Below are positions 37,566 to 49,812 of a stretch of DNA of 64,000 bases, piece after piece (positions within the stretch are counted from its first letter, which is position 1; every line of letters starts with the position of its first letter). Location: contig NC_086108.1 in NCBI RefSeq assembly GCF_963921235.1, forward strand, positions 63,800,001-63,864,000. The letters are read 5' to 3'. The translations under genes and the position numbers were made by a program. The stretch comes from Mobula hypostoma (lineage: Eukaryota). Under the pieces are notes generated by a model that did no database searches, was not told the DNA's origin, and saw only the letters and a list, made by a program, of their open reading frames with translations.

Positions 37566-39826
37566 TACTCTCAGTCCTTTAAACCTATTTTGTACCGCTG
37601 CAGAAAATCTTTCACTATACTCGCTGTTCTTCAGTAGGTCCATATCCAGCTTTCTTGGTTGCAGCCTTAATCTTTGTCTTCAGTGCAATCTTCACCCTAA
37701 CAACCACTGGATTGTGATCCGAGCCTATATCAGCACCTGAATAATTCTTGGCCATCCTAATACTTCTCCTGAAGCATTTCCTCACTGCAATATAGTCAAT
37801 TTGTCTCCTTCCAGTATCCCCAGGCTTCTTCCAAGTGTATAATTTTCGCTTGGATAATTTGAACCATGTGTTTGCTACCATCAACTCATACTGTTCACAA
37901 AATTGTATAATGACTTGGATGAGGGAATTAAATGCAGCATCTCCAAGTTTGCGGATGACACGAAGCTGGGTGGCAGTGTTAGCTGTGAGGAGGATGCTAA
38001 GAGGATGCAGGGTGACTTGGATAGGTTGGGTGAGTGGGCAAATTCATGGCAGATGCAATTTAATGTGGATAAATGTGAAGTTATCCATTTTGGTGGCAAA
38101 AATAGGAAAACAGATTATTATCTGAATGGTGGCCGATTAGGAAAAGGGGAGGTGCAACGAGACCTGGGTGTCATTATACACCAGTCATTGAAAGTGGGCA
38201 TGCAGGTACAGCAGGCGGTGAAAAAGGCGAATGGTATGCTGGCATTTATAGCGAGAGGATTCGAGTACAGGAGCAGGGAGGTACTACTGCAGTTGTACAA
38301 GGGCTTGGTGAGACCACACCTGGAGTATTGTGTGCAGTTTTGGTCCCCTAATCTGAGGAAAGACATCCTTGCCATAGAGGGAGTACAAAGAAGGTTCACC
38401 AGATTGATTCCTGGGATGGCAGGACTTTCATATGAAGAAAGACTGGATGAACTAGGCTTGTACTCGTTGAAATTTAGAAGATTGAGGGGGGATCTGATTG
38501 AAACGTATAAAATCCTAAAGGGATTGGACAGGGTAGATGCAGGAAGATTGTTCCCGATGTTGGGGAAGTCCAGAACAAGGGGTCACAGTTTGAGGATAAA
38601 AGGGAAGCCTTTTAGGACCGAGATTAGGAAAAACTTCTTCACACAGAGAGTGGTGAATCTGTGGAATTCTCTGCCACAGGAAACAGTTGAGGCCAGTTCA
38701 TTGGCTATATTTAAGAGGGAGTTAGATATGGCTCTTGTGGCTAAAGGGATCAGGGGGTATGGAGGGAAGGCTGGTACAGGGTTCTGAGTTGGATGATCAG
38801 CCATGATCATAATAAATGGCGGTGCAGGCTCGAAGGGCCGAATGGCCTACTCCTGCACCTATTTTCTATGTTTCTATGATATCCTTGTATTTCACATTTC
38901 CTATTCTAGCATTCAGATCTCCCATAACAAAAAGTACATCCAAGCTCTTTGCATTTTTTAAAGCAGATTCTACGTCCTCATAAAACCATTCCACCTCTTC
39001 ATCCTCATGCATACACTTGGACTATCGTAACAGCGAAAGGCTTTCCTTTTAATTTTACCATTATGACTATCAGATATGGGCCAAAACCCATCCATTGCAT
39101 TGTAGATTTTCTTCTTCATAATAATTCCAATGCCATTGGCATGGCTCTCTCCTCCAGAGTATATCATCACAAAATCATTCTTGTCAACTGTTCCAGCCTC
39201 TGTCCAACGGACTTCGCTTACTCCCATGATATCCAGCTTCATTCGAGATATCTCAAGAATTGCATTATCAAGCTTCCCCATTTGATACATTGTTCAAACA
39301 TCCCATGGCCCTATCCGTAAGATACTTCCCGTAGTTTTCAGTCTATCATTAGCCAGTGCCACGTGTCCTTTCGGATTTGGTGTGCCGCCTTCATTCCCAA
39401 CAGACCTACAATTCCCAAGGTCGTTATCTTCTTCCTTGTGGCTATGTACAGCAGAATTGCTTGCAAGGGGCCCAGGTTCATCTGCACAACGCATGTCTCT
39501 TCTAACTAAGTGCATAGCATACGATTCGTAAGAGGGAGATACGTGGTGAGGCTTTAATCTCTTCCACGATGATGGCCGTTGGCTCACAAGGAGCTCATCC
39601 GCCCTTTGTCAGGTCTTGTTTTTCAGTCCTGCTGGGTGTTCTCACACCCTCCTCACCAGATTGAGTGCGGTGGCGGAGCCGGTTTAGTTGCGGACCACTC
39701 AACCATGAACAGGTTGTACTGGATTACATGGTTACCAGTAGCAGGGATGTGATGGCTGTTCGCTCGCTCGGCTCCGAGGAGAGCTTCTGCGTTGATGGCG
39801 TCGGTGTTTTCAGTCAGTCGTGCGCT
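37566..39826 (-). mobile_element. RTE-clade LINE, inverted 5' segment (5'UTR + endonuclease)
   Basis: DIMGVSEVRW, IYSGG, ANTWFK, YTWKKPG, RQIDYI and GSDHNPV motifs; interrupted by CR1 Y2. Confidence 0.9.
37904..38878 (+). mobile_element. Young CR1 copy Y2, 5'-truncated
   Basis: Uninterrupted 294-aa ORF from NDLDEG…FADD to the C-terminus, with tail. No TSD, and host EN codons appear to be missing at the site. Confidence 0.95.
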
Positions 39827-41724
39827 GAGTATAGTGAAAGATTTTCTGCAGCGGTACAAAATAGGTTTAAAGGACCGAGAGTAGAAGACATGGAGCCAAC
39901 ACCAGATAACATGTGGTCAAACCTGAAGGACTGTATGCAAATGGCAGCTGAAGAATGTCTCCCCAAAAAAAGGCACGTAGCTAAACAAGCCTGGATGACA
40001 GATCACATTCTGAAGCTCATGGAAGGGAGAAGGAAGCACAAGAAGGATACATCTAAGTACCACGAAATGGACCAACAAATAGAGAAGAATGTGCAAAAGC
40101 TAAATAACAATGGTTTATCAAATGGTGTGAAAAGATAGAGACCATGGGCATGTTGCATCGTTCAAGGGATATGCACAGGGAGATTGCAGAGATGACCAAC
40201 AGGAACAAGAAACAACCAAGGACTGGCATTATTCAAGACAAGGACGGGAACATACTCTTTGAGAATGACAAGGTGGAAAGTAGATGGATGGAATACATTA
40301 GGGAATTGTACTACGATGCTAGAAATGATCAAGTGAGTGAGAAGAACACAGAAGGTCCGGAAATTTTGGTAGCGGAAGTAAGAGCAGCCATTGGAAAGTT
40401 AAAAACTTGTAAAGTTTGTGGTGTAGATGGTATTACAGCCGAAATATTGAAATGCCTTGGCGACTCGGAGGTTGAGGAGAACACGAGGCTTTGCAATACA
40501 ATTTACTGAACAGGAAAGTGGCCAACAGATTTTGTGGTGTCAGAGTTTGTCATGATCCCAAAGAAAAGTAAGAGCACAAAATGCTCAGACTTTAGAACTA
40601 TTAAGTCTTATAAGTCATGCCTTCAAGATCTTGTTATTAATACTTCTAAGCAGAATAAAAAGGACAGTTCTTAATGAAATTAATGAGTGCCAGAGCGGAT
40701 TTATACCAGGTAAGGGTACCCGTGAAGGATTTTTGAATTTGCGAATGATTGTGGAACGAGGTCTAGAAAAAAGAAGACATTCCTGCATTACGAAAAAGCT
40801 TTTGACCAAGTCAATCATGAACAGCTGGTCAATTGCCTGAACTCATTCGGGCTGGATGGGAAAGATGTTCGACTGATTGTGAGTCTGTACTGGCATCAGA
40901 AGGCAGTAATAAGAACTAGTGGTGGGAATTCACCAGAAGTTGAGATCCAAAAAGGGTTCGCCAGGGCTGCATTATCTCCCCTTTATTATTTAACATTTAC
41001 TCAGAGGTAATCTTCAGGGTGTTGAACGATGAAGCTGGTGTCCAAATTGGTGGAGTGACGGTGAACAACTTGAGGTAAACAGGTGATTCAGTGTTGTGAG
41101 CTGAGACTGAGGACATTACTCAGAATAGTAGATAAGATAAATACTGAAGGAGAACGATTTGGAATGAAAATAAATGCTGCAAAGACGAAGATAATGGTAG
41201 TATCACGGAAGAAAGAAGTCCCCAAAATCAGTATCAAAATTAATGGAGTAAGCATAGAGCAAGTCAAGAAGTTTGTGTATTTGGTCACGGAGGATGGGAA
41301 ATGTGATACAAAAATTAGACAAAGAATTGAGATTGCAAGATCAACGTTCTGGAGCCTGAGTGAGGTGCTGTGTGGCAAGAGGTTGGACTTTGGGCTGCGT
41401 TGTAGAATTTGGAAATGCTACGTCTGGAGCAGTCTGTTGTATGGAGTCGAATCGTGGACCTTATGCAAGGAGGCGTAACGATGACTGGAAGCATTTGAAA
41501 TGTGGAGTTTAAGGAGAATACAGAAAATTAGATGGGTGATGAAGGTCAGTACTATGGAAGTATAGAAGAGAGTGAGGAGAGAAAAGGAGTTGCTGAAGAA
41601 TGTACAGAAAAGGAAGCTGGAATATGCCGGGCACTTGTTAAGAGGTGGTGGACTGCAGAAATTGTTATTGGAAGGGATGATAGAAGGAAAGAGGGAAAGA
41701 GGAAGGCAGTGAACTACTTGGTAC
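39827..41724 (+). mobile_element. RTE-clade LINE, sense segment (linker + RT), degraded
   Basis: CGVDGITAEIL, QSGFIPGKGTREG, RQGCIISP, GMKINAAKTKIM, LLYGVESWT; the YADD motif is decayed. Confidence 0.9.
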
Positions 41725-42676
41725 ATAGAAAATAGGTGCAGGAGTAGACCATTCGGCCCTTCGAGCCTACACCGCCATTTATTATGATCATGGCTGATCA
41801 TCCAACTCAGAACCCCGCCCCAGCCTTCCCTCCATACCCCCAGATCCCCCTAGCCACAAGGGCCATATCTAACTCCCTCTTAAATATAGCCAATGAACTG
41901 GCCTCAACTGTTTCCTGTGGCAGAGAATTCCACAGATTCACCACTCTCTGTGTGAAGAAATTTTTCCTAATCTCAGTCCTAAAAGGCTTCCCCTTTATCC
42001 TCAAACTGTGACCCCTCATTCTGGACTTCCCCAACATCGGGAACAATCTTCCTGCATCTGGTCTGTCCAATCCCTTTAAGATTTTATAGGTTTCAATCAG
42101 ATCCCCCCTCAATCTTCTAAATTCCAACGAGTATAAGCCTAGCCAATCCAGTCTTTCCTCATATGAAAGTCCTGCCATCCCAGGAATCAATCTGGTGAAC
42201 CTTCTTTGTACTCCCTCTATGGCAAGAATGTCTTTCCTCAGATTAGGGGACCAAAACTGCACACAATACTCCAGGTGTGGTCTCACCAAGCCCTTGTACA
42301 ACTGCAGTAGTACCTCCCTGCTCCTGTACTCGAATCCTCTTGCTATAAATGCCAGCATACCATTCGCCTTTTTCTCTGCCTGTTGTACCTGCATGCCTGC
42401 TTTCAATGACAGCCAGGTCTCGTTGCACCTCCCCTTTTCCTAATCGGCCACCATTCAGATAATAATCTGTTTTCCTGTTTTTGCCACCAAAGTGGATAAC
42501 CTCACATTTATCCACATTAAATTGCATCTGCCATGAATTTGCCCATTTACCTAACCTATCCAAGTCACCCTGCATCCTCTTAGCATCTCCTCACAGCTAA
42601 CACTGCCGCCCAGCTTCGTGTCATCCACAAACTTGGAGATGCTGCATTTGATTCCCTCGCCTAAGTCATTAATATA

Positions 42677-44278
42677 CAAACCCCATTTCCAGAAAAGTTG
42701 GGATAGTTTCCAAAATGCAATAAAAACAAAAATCTGTGCTGTTAATTCACGTGAACCTTTATTTAACTGACAAAAGTACAAAGAAAAGATTTTCAATAGT
42801 TTTACTGACCAACTTAATTGTATTTTGCAAATATACACAAATTTAGAATTTGATGGCTGCAACACACTCAACAAAAGTTGGGACAGAGTTAAAATAAGAT
42901 TGAAAAGTGCACAGAATATTCAAGTCACACCCGTTTGGAAGACTCCACATTCAGCAGGCGAATTGGTAGCAGGTGAGGTATCACGACTGGGTATAAAAGT
43001 AGCGTCCATCAAAGGCTCAGTCTTTGCAAGCAAGGATGGGTCGCGGCTCACCCCTTTGTGCCAAAACTCGTAAGAGAATTGTTAGTCAGTTCAAAAGGAA
43101 CATTTCTCAACGCAAGATTGCAGAGAATTTAGGTCTTTCAACATCTACAGTACATAATATTGTGAAAATATTCAGAGAATTCAGAGATATCTCTGTGCGA
43201 AAAGGGCAAGGTTGGAAACCACTGTTGAACGTGCTTGATCTTCGAACCCTCAGGTGGCACTGCCTAAGAAACCGTCATGCTACTGTGACAATTATAGCCA
43301 CCTGGGCTCGGGAGTACTTTGGAAAACCATTGTCACTCAACACAGTCCGTCGCTGCATCCAGAAATGCAACTTGAAACTGTATTACGCAAGGAGGAAGCC
43401 ATACATCAACTCTATGCAGAAACGCCGGCGAGTTCTCTGGGCCCGAGCTCATCTCAGATGGACCGAAGGACTGTGGAACCGTGTGCTGTGGTCAGATGAG
43501 TCCATATTTCAGCTAGTTTTCGGAAAAAACGTGCGTCGAGTTCTCCGTGCCAAAGATGAAAACGACCATCCAGATTGTTATCAGCGAAAGGTGTAAAAGC
43601 CAGCATCTGTGATGGTATAGGGGTGCATCAGTGCCCCCGGCATGGGTGAGTTGCATGTATGGGAAGGTACCATTGATTCTAAGGCGTATATTAGGATTTT
43701 AGAGAGACATATGTTGCCATCAAGGGGATGTTTCTTCCTGGGACGTCCATGCTTATTTCAGCAGGACAATGCCAGACCACATTCTGCACGGGCTACAACA
43801 GCGTGGCTTTGTAGACACAGAGTGCGTGTGCTTGACTGGCCTGCTGCCAGTCCAGGTCTATCTCCTATTGAAAATGTATGGCGCATCATGAAGAGGAGAA
43901 TCAGACAATGGAGACCACGGACTGTTGAGCAGCTGAAGTCTTATAACAAGCAAGAATGGACAAAATTTCCAATTGCAAATCTACTACAATTAGTATGCTC
44001 AGTTCCAAAACAATTAAAAAGTGTTATTAAAAGGAAAGGTGATGTAACACAATGGTAAACATGCCTCTGTCCCAATTTCTATTGAGTGTGTTGCAGCCAT
44101 CAAATTCTAAATTTGTGTATGTTTACAAAATACAATTAAGTTGGTCAGTAAAACTATTGAAAATCTTTTCTTTGTACTTTTGTCAGTTAAGTAAAGGTTC
44201 ACATGAATTAACATATCACAGATTTTTGTTTTTATTGCATTGTGGAAAATGTCCCAATTTTTCTGGAAATGAGGTTTG
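42677..44278 (+). mobile_element. Tc1/mariner DNA transposon (DD34E), full length, 1602 bp
   Basis: TIRs of roughly 200 bp beginning caaaccccatttccagaaaagttggga, with internal direct repeats (aaaagttggga). TA duplication at 42675-42676 and 44279-44280, confirmed against the uninterrupted CR1 site near 48085-48100. Confidence 0.96.
43036..44058 (+). pseudogene. Tc1 transposase, 340 codons, two nonsense codons
   Basis: HTH N-terminus, WSDES, QQDNARPH, then 34 residues to PIENVW. Single reading frame with stops at 43594-43596 (TAA) and 43618-43620 (TAG). Confidence 0.93.
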
Positions 44279-46420
44279 TATATTGTAAACAACTGGGGTC
44301 CCAGCACTGAGCCTTGCGGTGCCCCACTAGTCACTGCCTGCAATTCTGAAAAGGTCCCGTCTTTTCCCACTCTTTGCTTCCTGTCTGCCAACCAATTCTC
44401 TATCCACATCAATACCTTACCCCCAATACTGTGTGCTTTAAGTTTGCACACTAATCTCCTGTGTGGGACCTTGTCAAAAGCCTTTTGAAAATCCAAATAT
44501 ACCTCATCCACTGGTTCTTCCCTATCCACTCTACTAGTTATATCCTCAAAAAATTCTATGAGATTCGTCAGACATGATTTTCCTTTCACAAATCCATGCT
44601 GACTTTGTCCGATGATTTCACCGCTTTCCAAACGTGCTGTTATCACATCTTTGATAACTGACTCTAGCATTTTCCCCACCCCCGATGTCAGGCTAACTGG
44701 TCTATAATTTCCCAGTTTCTCTCTCCCTCCTTTTTTAAAAGGCGGGGTTACATTAGCCACCCTCCAATCCTCAGGAACTAGTCCAGAATCTAAAGAGTTT
44801 TGAAAAATTATCACTAATGCTTCCACTATTTCTTGGGCTACTTCCTTAAGCACTCTGGGATGCAGACCATCTGGCCCTGGGGATTTACCTGCCTTTAATC
44901 CCTTCAATCTACCTAACACCACTTCCCTACTAACATGTATTTCCCTCAGTTCCTCCATCTCACTAGACCCTCTGTCCCCTACTATTTCCAGAAGATTATT
45001 TATATCCTCCTTAGTGAAGACAGAACCAAAGTAGTTATTCAATTGGTCTGCCATGTCCTTGTTCCCCATAATCAATTCACCTGTTTCTGTCTGTAAGGGA
45101 CCTACATTTGTCTTAACGAATCTCTTTCTTTTCACATATCTATAAAAGCTTTTACAGTCAGTTTTTATGTTCCCTGCCAGTTTTCTCTCATAATCTCTTT
45201 TCCCTTTCCTAATTAAACTCTTTGTCCTCCTCTGCTGGACTCTGAATTTCTCCCAGTCCTCAGGTGAGCCACTTTCTCTGGCTAATTTGTATGTTTCTTC
45301 TTTGGAATTGATACTATCCCTAATTTTCTTTGTCAGCCATGGGTTTATTCTTTTGCCAAACTGGGATGAACAATTGTTGTAGTTCATCCACGCGATATTT
45401 AAATGCTTGCCATTGCATATCCACTGTCAACCCTTTAAGTATCATTTGCCAGTCTATCTTAGTTAATTCACGTCTCATACCTTCAAAGTTACCCTTCTTT
45501 AAGTTCAGAACCTTTGTTTTTGAATTAACTATGTCACTCTCCATCTTAATGAAGAATTCCACCATATTATGGTAACACTTACCCAAGGGGCCTCTCACGA
45601 TAAGATTGCTAATTAACCCTTCCTCATTGCTCAATACTCAATCTAGAATGGCCTGCTCTCCAGTTGGTTCCTTGACATGTTGGTTCAAAAAACCATCCCA
45701 CATACATTCCAAGAAATCCTCTTCCTCAGCACCCTTTCCAATTTGGTTCACCCAATCTATATGTAGATTGAAGTCACCCATTATAACTGCTGTTCCTTTA
45801 TTGCACGCATTTCTAATTTCCTGTTTAATGCCATCCCCAACCTCACTATTACTGTCAGGTGGCCTGTACACAACTCCCCTCAGTGTCTTCTGCCCCTTAG
45901 TGTTATGTAGCTCTACCCATATCGACTCCATATCCTCCCGGCCAATGTCCTTCCTTTCTATTGCGTTAATCTCCTCTCTAACCAGCAATGCTACCCCACA
46001 TCCTTTTCTCTCATGTCTATCCCTCCTGAATATTGAATATCCCTGAATGTTGAGCTCCCATCCTTGGTCACCCTGGAGCCATGTCACTGTGATCCCAACT
46101 ATGTCATATTCATTAATAACAATCTGCACTTTTAATTCATCCACCTTATTACGAATGCTCCTTGCATTGACACACAAAGCCTTCAGGTTTGCTTTTACAA
46201 CACTCTTGGCCCTTATACAATTATGTTGAAAAGTGGCCCTTTTTGATTTTTGCCCTGGATTTGCCGGCCTGCCACTTTTACTTTTCACCTTACTACTTTT
46301 TGCTTCTACCCTCATTTTACACCCCTCTGTCCCTCTGCACTTGTTCCCATCCCCCTATTGTGAACTAACCTCCTCACTCCTAGTCTCTTTAATTTGATTC
46401 CCACCCCCCAACCATTCTAG

Positions 46421-46559
46421 TTGGTACGATAATGTGAGGCAATGGACTGGGTTGAGTTATGCTGAGGCCAGAAAAAGAGCGCAAGATCGTTGAAAATGGA
46501 GGTGCATAGCTGCCAACCCCGGATTCGGGACAACACCCACTGACTGACTGACTGACTGA
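46421..46559 (+). mobile_element. RTE 3' end with (TGAC)n tail
   Basis: WYDNVRQWTG…AQDR*KWR continues the frame from 41724; the tail is followed by the TSD caaccctttc at 46560-46569. Confidence 0.9.
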
Positions 46560-46902
46560 CAACCCTTTCATTTCTTCTACCAAAGTTCACTTCCTGACAT
46601 TGTACTCCATCTGCCATTTCTTTGCCCATTCTCTTAATTTGTCTAAGTCCTTCTGGAACTTCCCTACTTCCTCAAAACTACCTGCCCCTGCATCTATCTT
46701 CATATTATCTGCAAACTTTGCAACAAAACGATCAATTCCATTGTCCAAATTATTGACATATAATGTAAAAAGAATTGACCTCAACACAAACCCCTGTGGA
46801 ACATCACTACTCACTGGCAGCCAGCCAGAAAAGGCTCCCTGTATTCCTACTCTTTGCCTCCTGCCAATCAGCCACTGCTTTCTCCATGCCTTCCTTGCCA
46901 CT
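46560..46902 (-). mobile_element. CR1 'B' 5' part (RT)
   Basis: WLIGRRQRVG, VPQG and KFADN; continuous with 37565. Confidence 0.85.
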
Positions 46903-49812
46903 ATGTGGAGCATTGTGAGGGTTTTGGTCACGGCCCTAGAAGAAAGATGTAAATAAGGTTGAAAGAGTACAGAGAAAATTTTACAGCAATATTTGCTGGA
47001 TCTAGATGAACTGATTTAATCGAAAGATTGAATAGATTATAACTGTATTCCTTGGAACATAGAAGATTGAGAGGAGATTTGATAGAGGTATACAAAGTTA
47101 TGAGGGGTATAGATAGAAACATAGAAACATAGAAAATAGGTGCAGGAGTAGGCCATTCGGCCCTTCGAGCCTGCACCGCCATTTATTATGATCATGGCTG
47201 ATCATCCAACTCAGAACCCCGCCCCAGCCTTCCCTCCATACCCCCTGACCCCTGTAGCCACAAGGGCCATATCTAACTCCCTCTTAAATATAGCCAATGA
47301 ACTGGCCTCAACTGTTTCCTGTGGCAGAGAATTCCACAGATTCACCACTCTCTGTGTGAAGAAGTTTTTCCTCATCTTGGTCCTAAAAGGCTTCCCCTCT
47401 ATCCTCAAACTGTGGCCCCTCGTTCTGGCCTTCCCCAACATCGGGAACAATCTTCCTGCATCTACCCTGTCCAATCCCTTTGGGATTTTATACGTTTCAA
47501 TCAGATCCCCCCTCAATCTTCTAAATTCCAACGAGTACAAGCCCAGTTCATCCAGTCTTTCTTCATATGAAAGTCCTGCCATCCCAGGAATCAATCTGGT
47601 GAACCTTCTTTGTACTCCCTCTATGGCAAGGATGTCTTTCCTCAGATTAGGGGACCAAAACTGCACACAATATTCCAGGTGTGGTCTCACCAAGGCCTTG
47701 TACAACTGCAGTAGTACCTCCCTGCTCCTGTACTCGAATCCTCTCGCTATAAATGCCAGCATACCATTCGCCTTTTTCACCGCCTGCTGTACCTGCATGC
47801 CCACTTTCAATGACTGGTGTATAATGACACCCAGGTCTCGTTGTACCTCCCCTTTTCCTAATCGGCCACCTTTCAGATAATAATCTGTTTTCCTATTTTT
47901 GCCACCAAAGTGGATAACTTCACATTTATCCACATTAAATTGCATCTGCCATGAATTTGCCCACTCACCCAACCTATCCAAGTCACCCTGCATCCTCTTA
48001 GCATCCTCCTCACAGCTAACACTGCCACCCAGCTTCGTGTCATCCGCAAACTTGGAGATGCTGCATTTAATTCCCTCATCCAAGTCATTAATATATATTG
48101 TAAACAACTGGGGTCCCAGCACTGAGCCTTGCGGTACCCCACTAGTCACCGCCTGCCATTCTGAAAGTGTCCCGTTTATTCCCACTCTTTGCTTCCTGTC
48201 TGCTAACCAATTCTCCACCCACACCAATACCTTACCCCCAATACCGTGTGCTTTAAGTTTGCACACTAATCTCCTGTGTGGGACCTTGTCAAAAGCCTTT
48301 TGAAAATCCAAATATACCACATCCACTGGTTCTCCCCTATCCACTCTACTAGTTACATCTTCAAAAAGTTCTATGAGATTCGTCAGACATGATTTTCCTT
48401 TCACAAATCCATGCTGACTTTTTCCGATCATTTCACCGCTTTCCAAATGTGCTGTTATCACATCCTTGATAACTGACTCCAGCAGTTTCCCCACCACCGA
48501 CGTTAGGCTAACCGGTCTATAGTTCCCCGGTTTCTCTCTCCCTCCTTTTTTAAAAATTGGGGTTACATTAGCCACCCTCCAATCCTCAGGAACTAGTCCA
48601 GAATCTAACGAGTTTTGAAAAATTATCACTAATGCATCCACTATTTCTTGGGCTACTTCCTTAAGCACTCTAGGATGCAGACCATCTGGCCCTAGGGATT
48701 TATCTGCCTTCAATCCCTTCAATTTACCTAACACCACTTCCCTACTAACATGTATTTCACTCAGTTCCTCCATCTCACTGGACCCTCTGTCCCCTACTAT
48801 TTCTGGAAGATTATTTATGTCCTCCTTAGTGAAGACAGAACCAAAGTAATTATTCAATTGGTCTGCCATGTCCTTGCTCCCCATAATCAATTCACCTGTT
48901 TCTGTCTGCAGGGGACCTACATTTGTCTTTACCAGTCTTTTCCTTTTTACATATCTATAAAAGCTTTTACAGTCCGTTTTTATGTTCCCTGCCAGTTTTC
49001 TCTCATAATCTTTTTTCCCCTTCCTAATTAAGCCCTTTGTCCTCCTCTGCTGAACTCTGAATTTCTCCCAGTCCTCAGGTGAGCCACTTTCTCTGGCTAA
49101 TTTGTATGCTTCTTCTTTGGAATTGATACTATCCCTAATTTCTCTTGTCAGCCACGGGTGCACTACCTTCCTTGATTTATTCTTTTGCCAAACTGGGATG
49201 AACAATTGTTGTAGTTCATCCATGCAACCTTTAAATGCTTGCCATTGCATATCCACCGTCAATCCTTTAAGTGTCATTTGCCAGTCTATCTTAGTTAATT
49301 CACGTCTCATACCTTCAAAGTTACCCCTCTTTAAGTTCAGAACCTTTGTTTCTGAATTAACTATGTCACTCTCCTTCCTCACTCAATCCTCTTCCTCAGC
49401 ATCTTTACCAATTTGGTTCACACAATCTACATGTAGATTGAAGTCACCCATTATAACTGCTGTTCCTTTATTGCACACATTTCTAATAGGGTAATTGCAA
49501 GCAGGCTTTTCCCACTGAGGTTGGGTGGGACTAGAACTAGAGGTCTTGGGTTAAGGGTGAAAGGTAAAAAGTTTAAGGGGAACATGAGAGGAAACTTCTT
49601 CAGTCAGAGGGTTGTGAGAGTGTGGAATGAGCTGCCAGCACAAGTGGTGCATACGAGCTCGATTTCAACTTTTAAGAGAAGTTTGCACAGGCACAGTACA
49701 TGGATGTAAGGGGTATGGAGGGCTATGGTGCTGGTACAGGTCGATGCGAGTAGGCGCAGACTAGATGGAAGAAAGGTCTGTTTCTGTGCTGTACTTTTCT
49801 ATTACTCTATTA
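46903..49812 (+). mobile_element. CR1 'C' 3' fragment (46903-47116 and 49486-49812), host of Y4
   Basis: …atgaggggtatagatag|ggtaattgcaagc… is continuous across the insert; tail at ~49795-49810. Confidence 0.85.
47117..49485 (-). mobile_element. Young CR1 copy Y4 with an uninterrupted 723-aa RT-containing ORF
   Basis: ORF 47211-49382 contains all RT motifs. 5'-truncated within EN, with small deletions near 49373-49385; atag at both junctions. Confidence 0.96.

Larger units (their letters stand above)
41725..46420 (-). mobile_element. Young CR1 copy Y3 with near-complete ORF2, split by a Tc1
   Basis: ORF2 from CVNARSIRNK to the C-terminus, with frameshifts; 7-bp TSD ttggtac (41718-41724 and 46421-46427). 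Confidence 0.95.

Noticed and set aside
39750..39800. HDV-like ribozyme in the RTE 5'UTR (minus-strand gctc-tcctcg-gagc…gcgaa)
   Set aside because: An L3-like TCCTCG hairpin is present, but I could not find P1 or P2 pairing partners by eye.
44107..45387. 426-aa ORF as a CR1-Tc1 fusion protein
   Set aside because: It is CR1 RT reading through into the Tc1 TIR until a chance stop, and it ends before the FADD motif.
46540..46560. (TGAC)n and other short tandem arrays as CRISPR-like or satellite repeats
   Set aside because: They are LINE 3' tails; there are no spacers and the context is eukaryotic.
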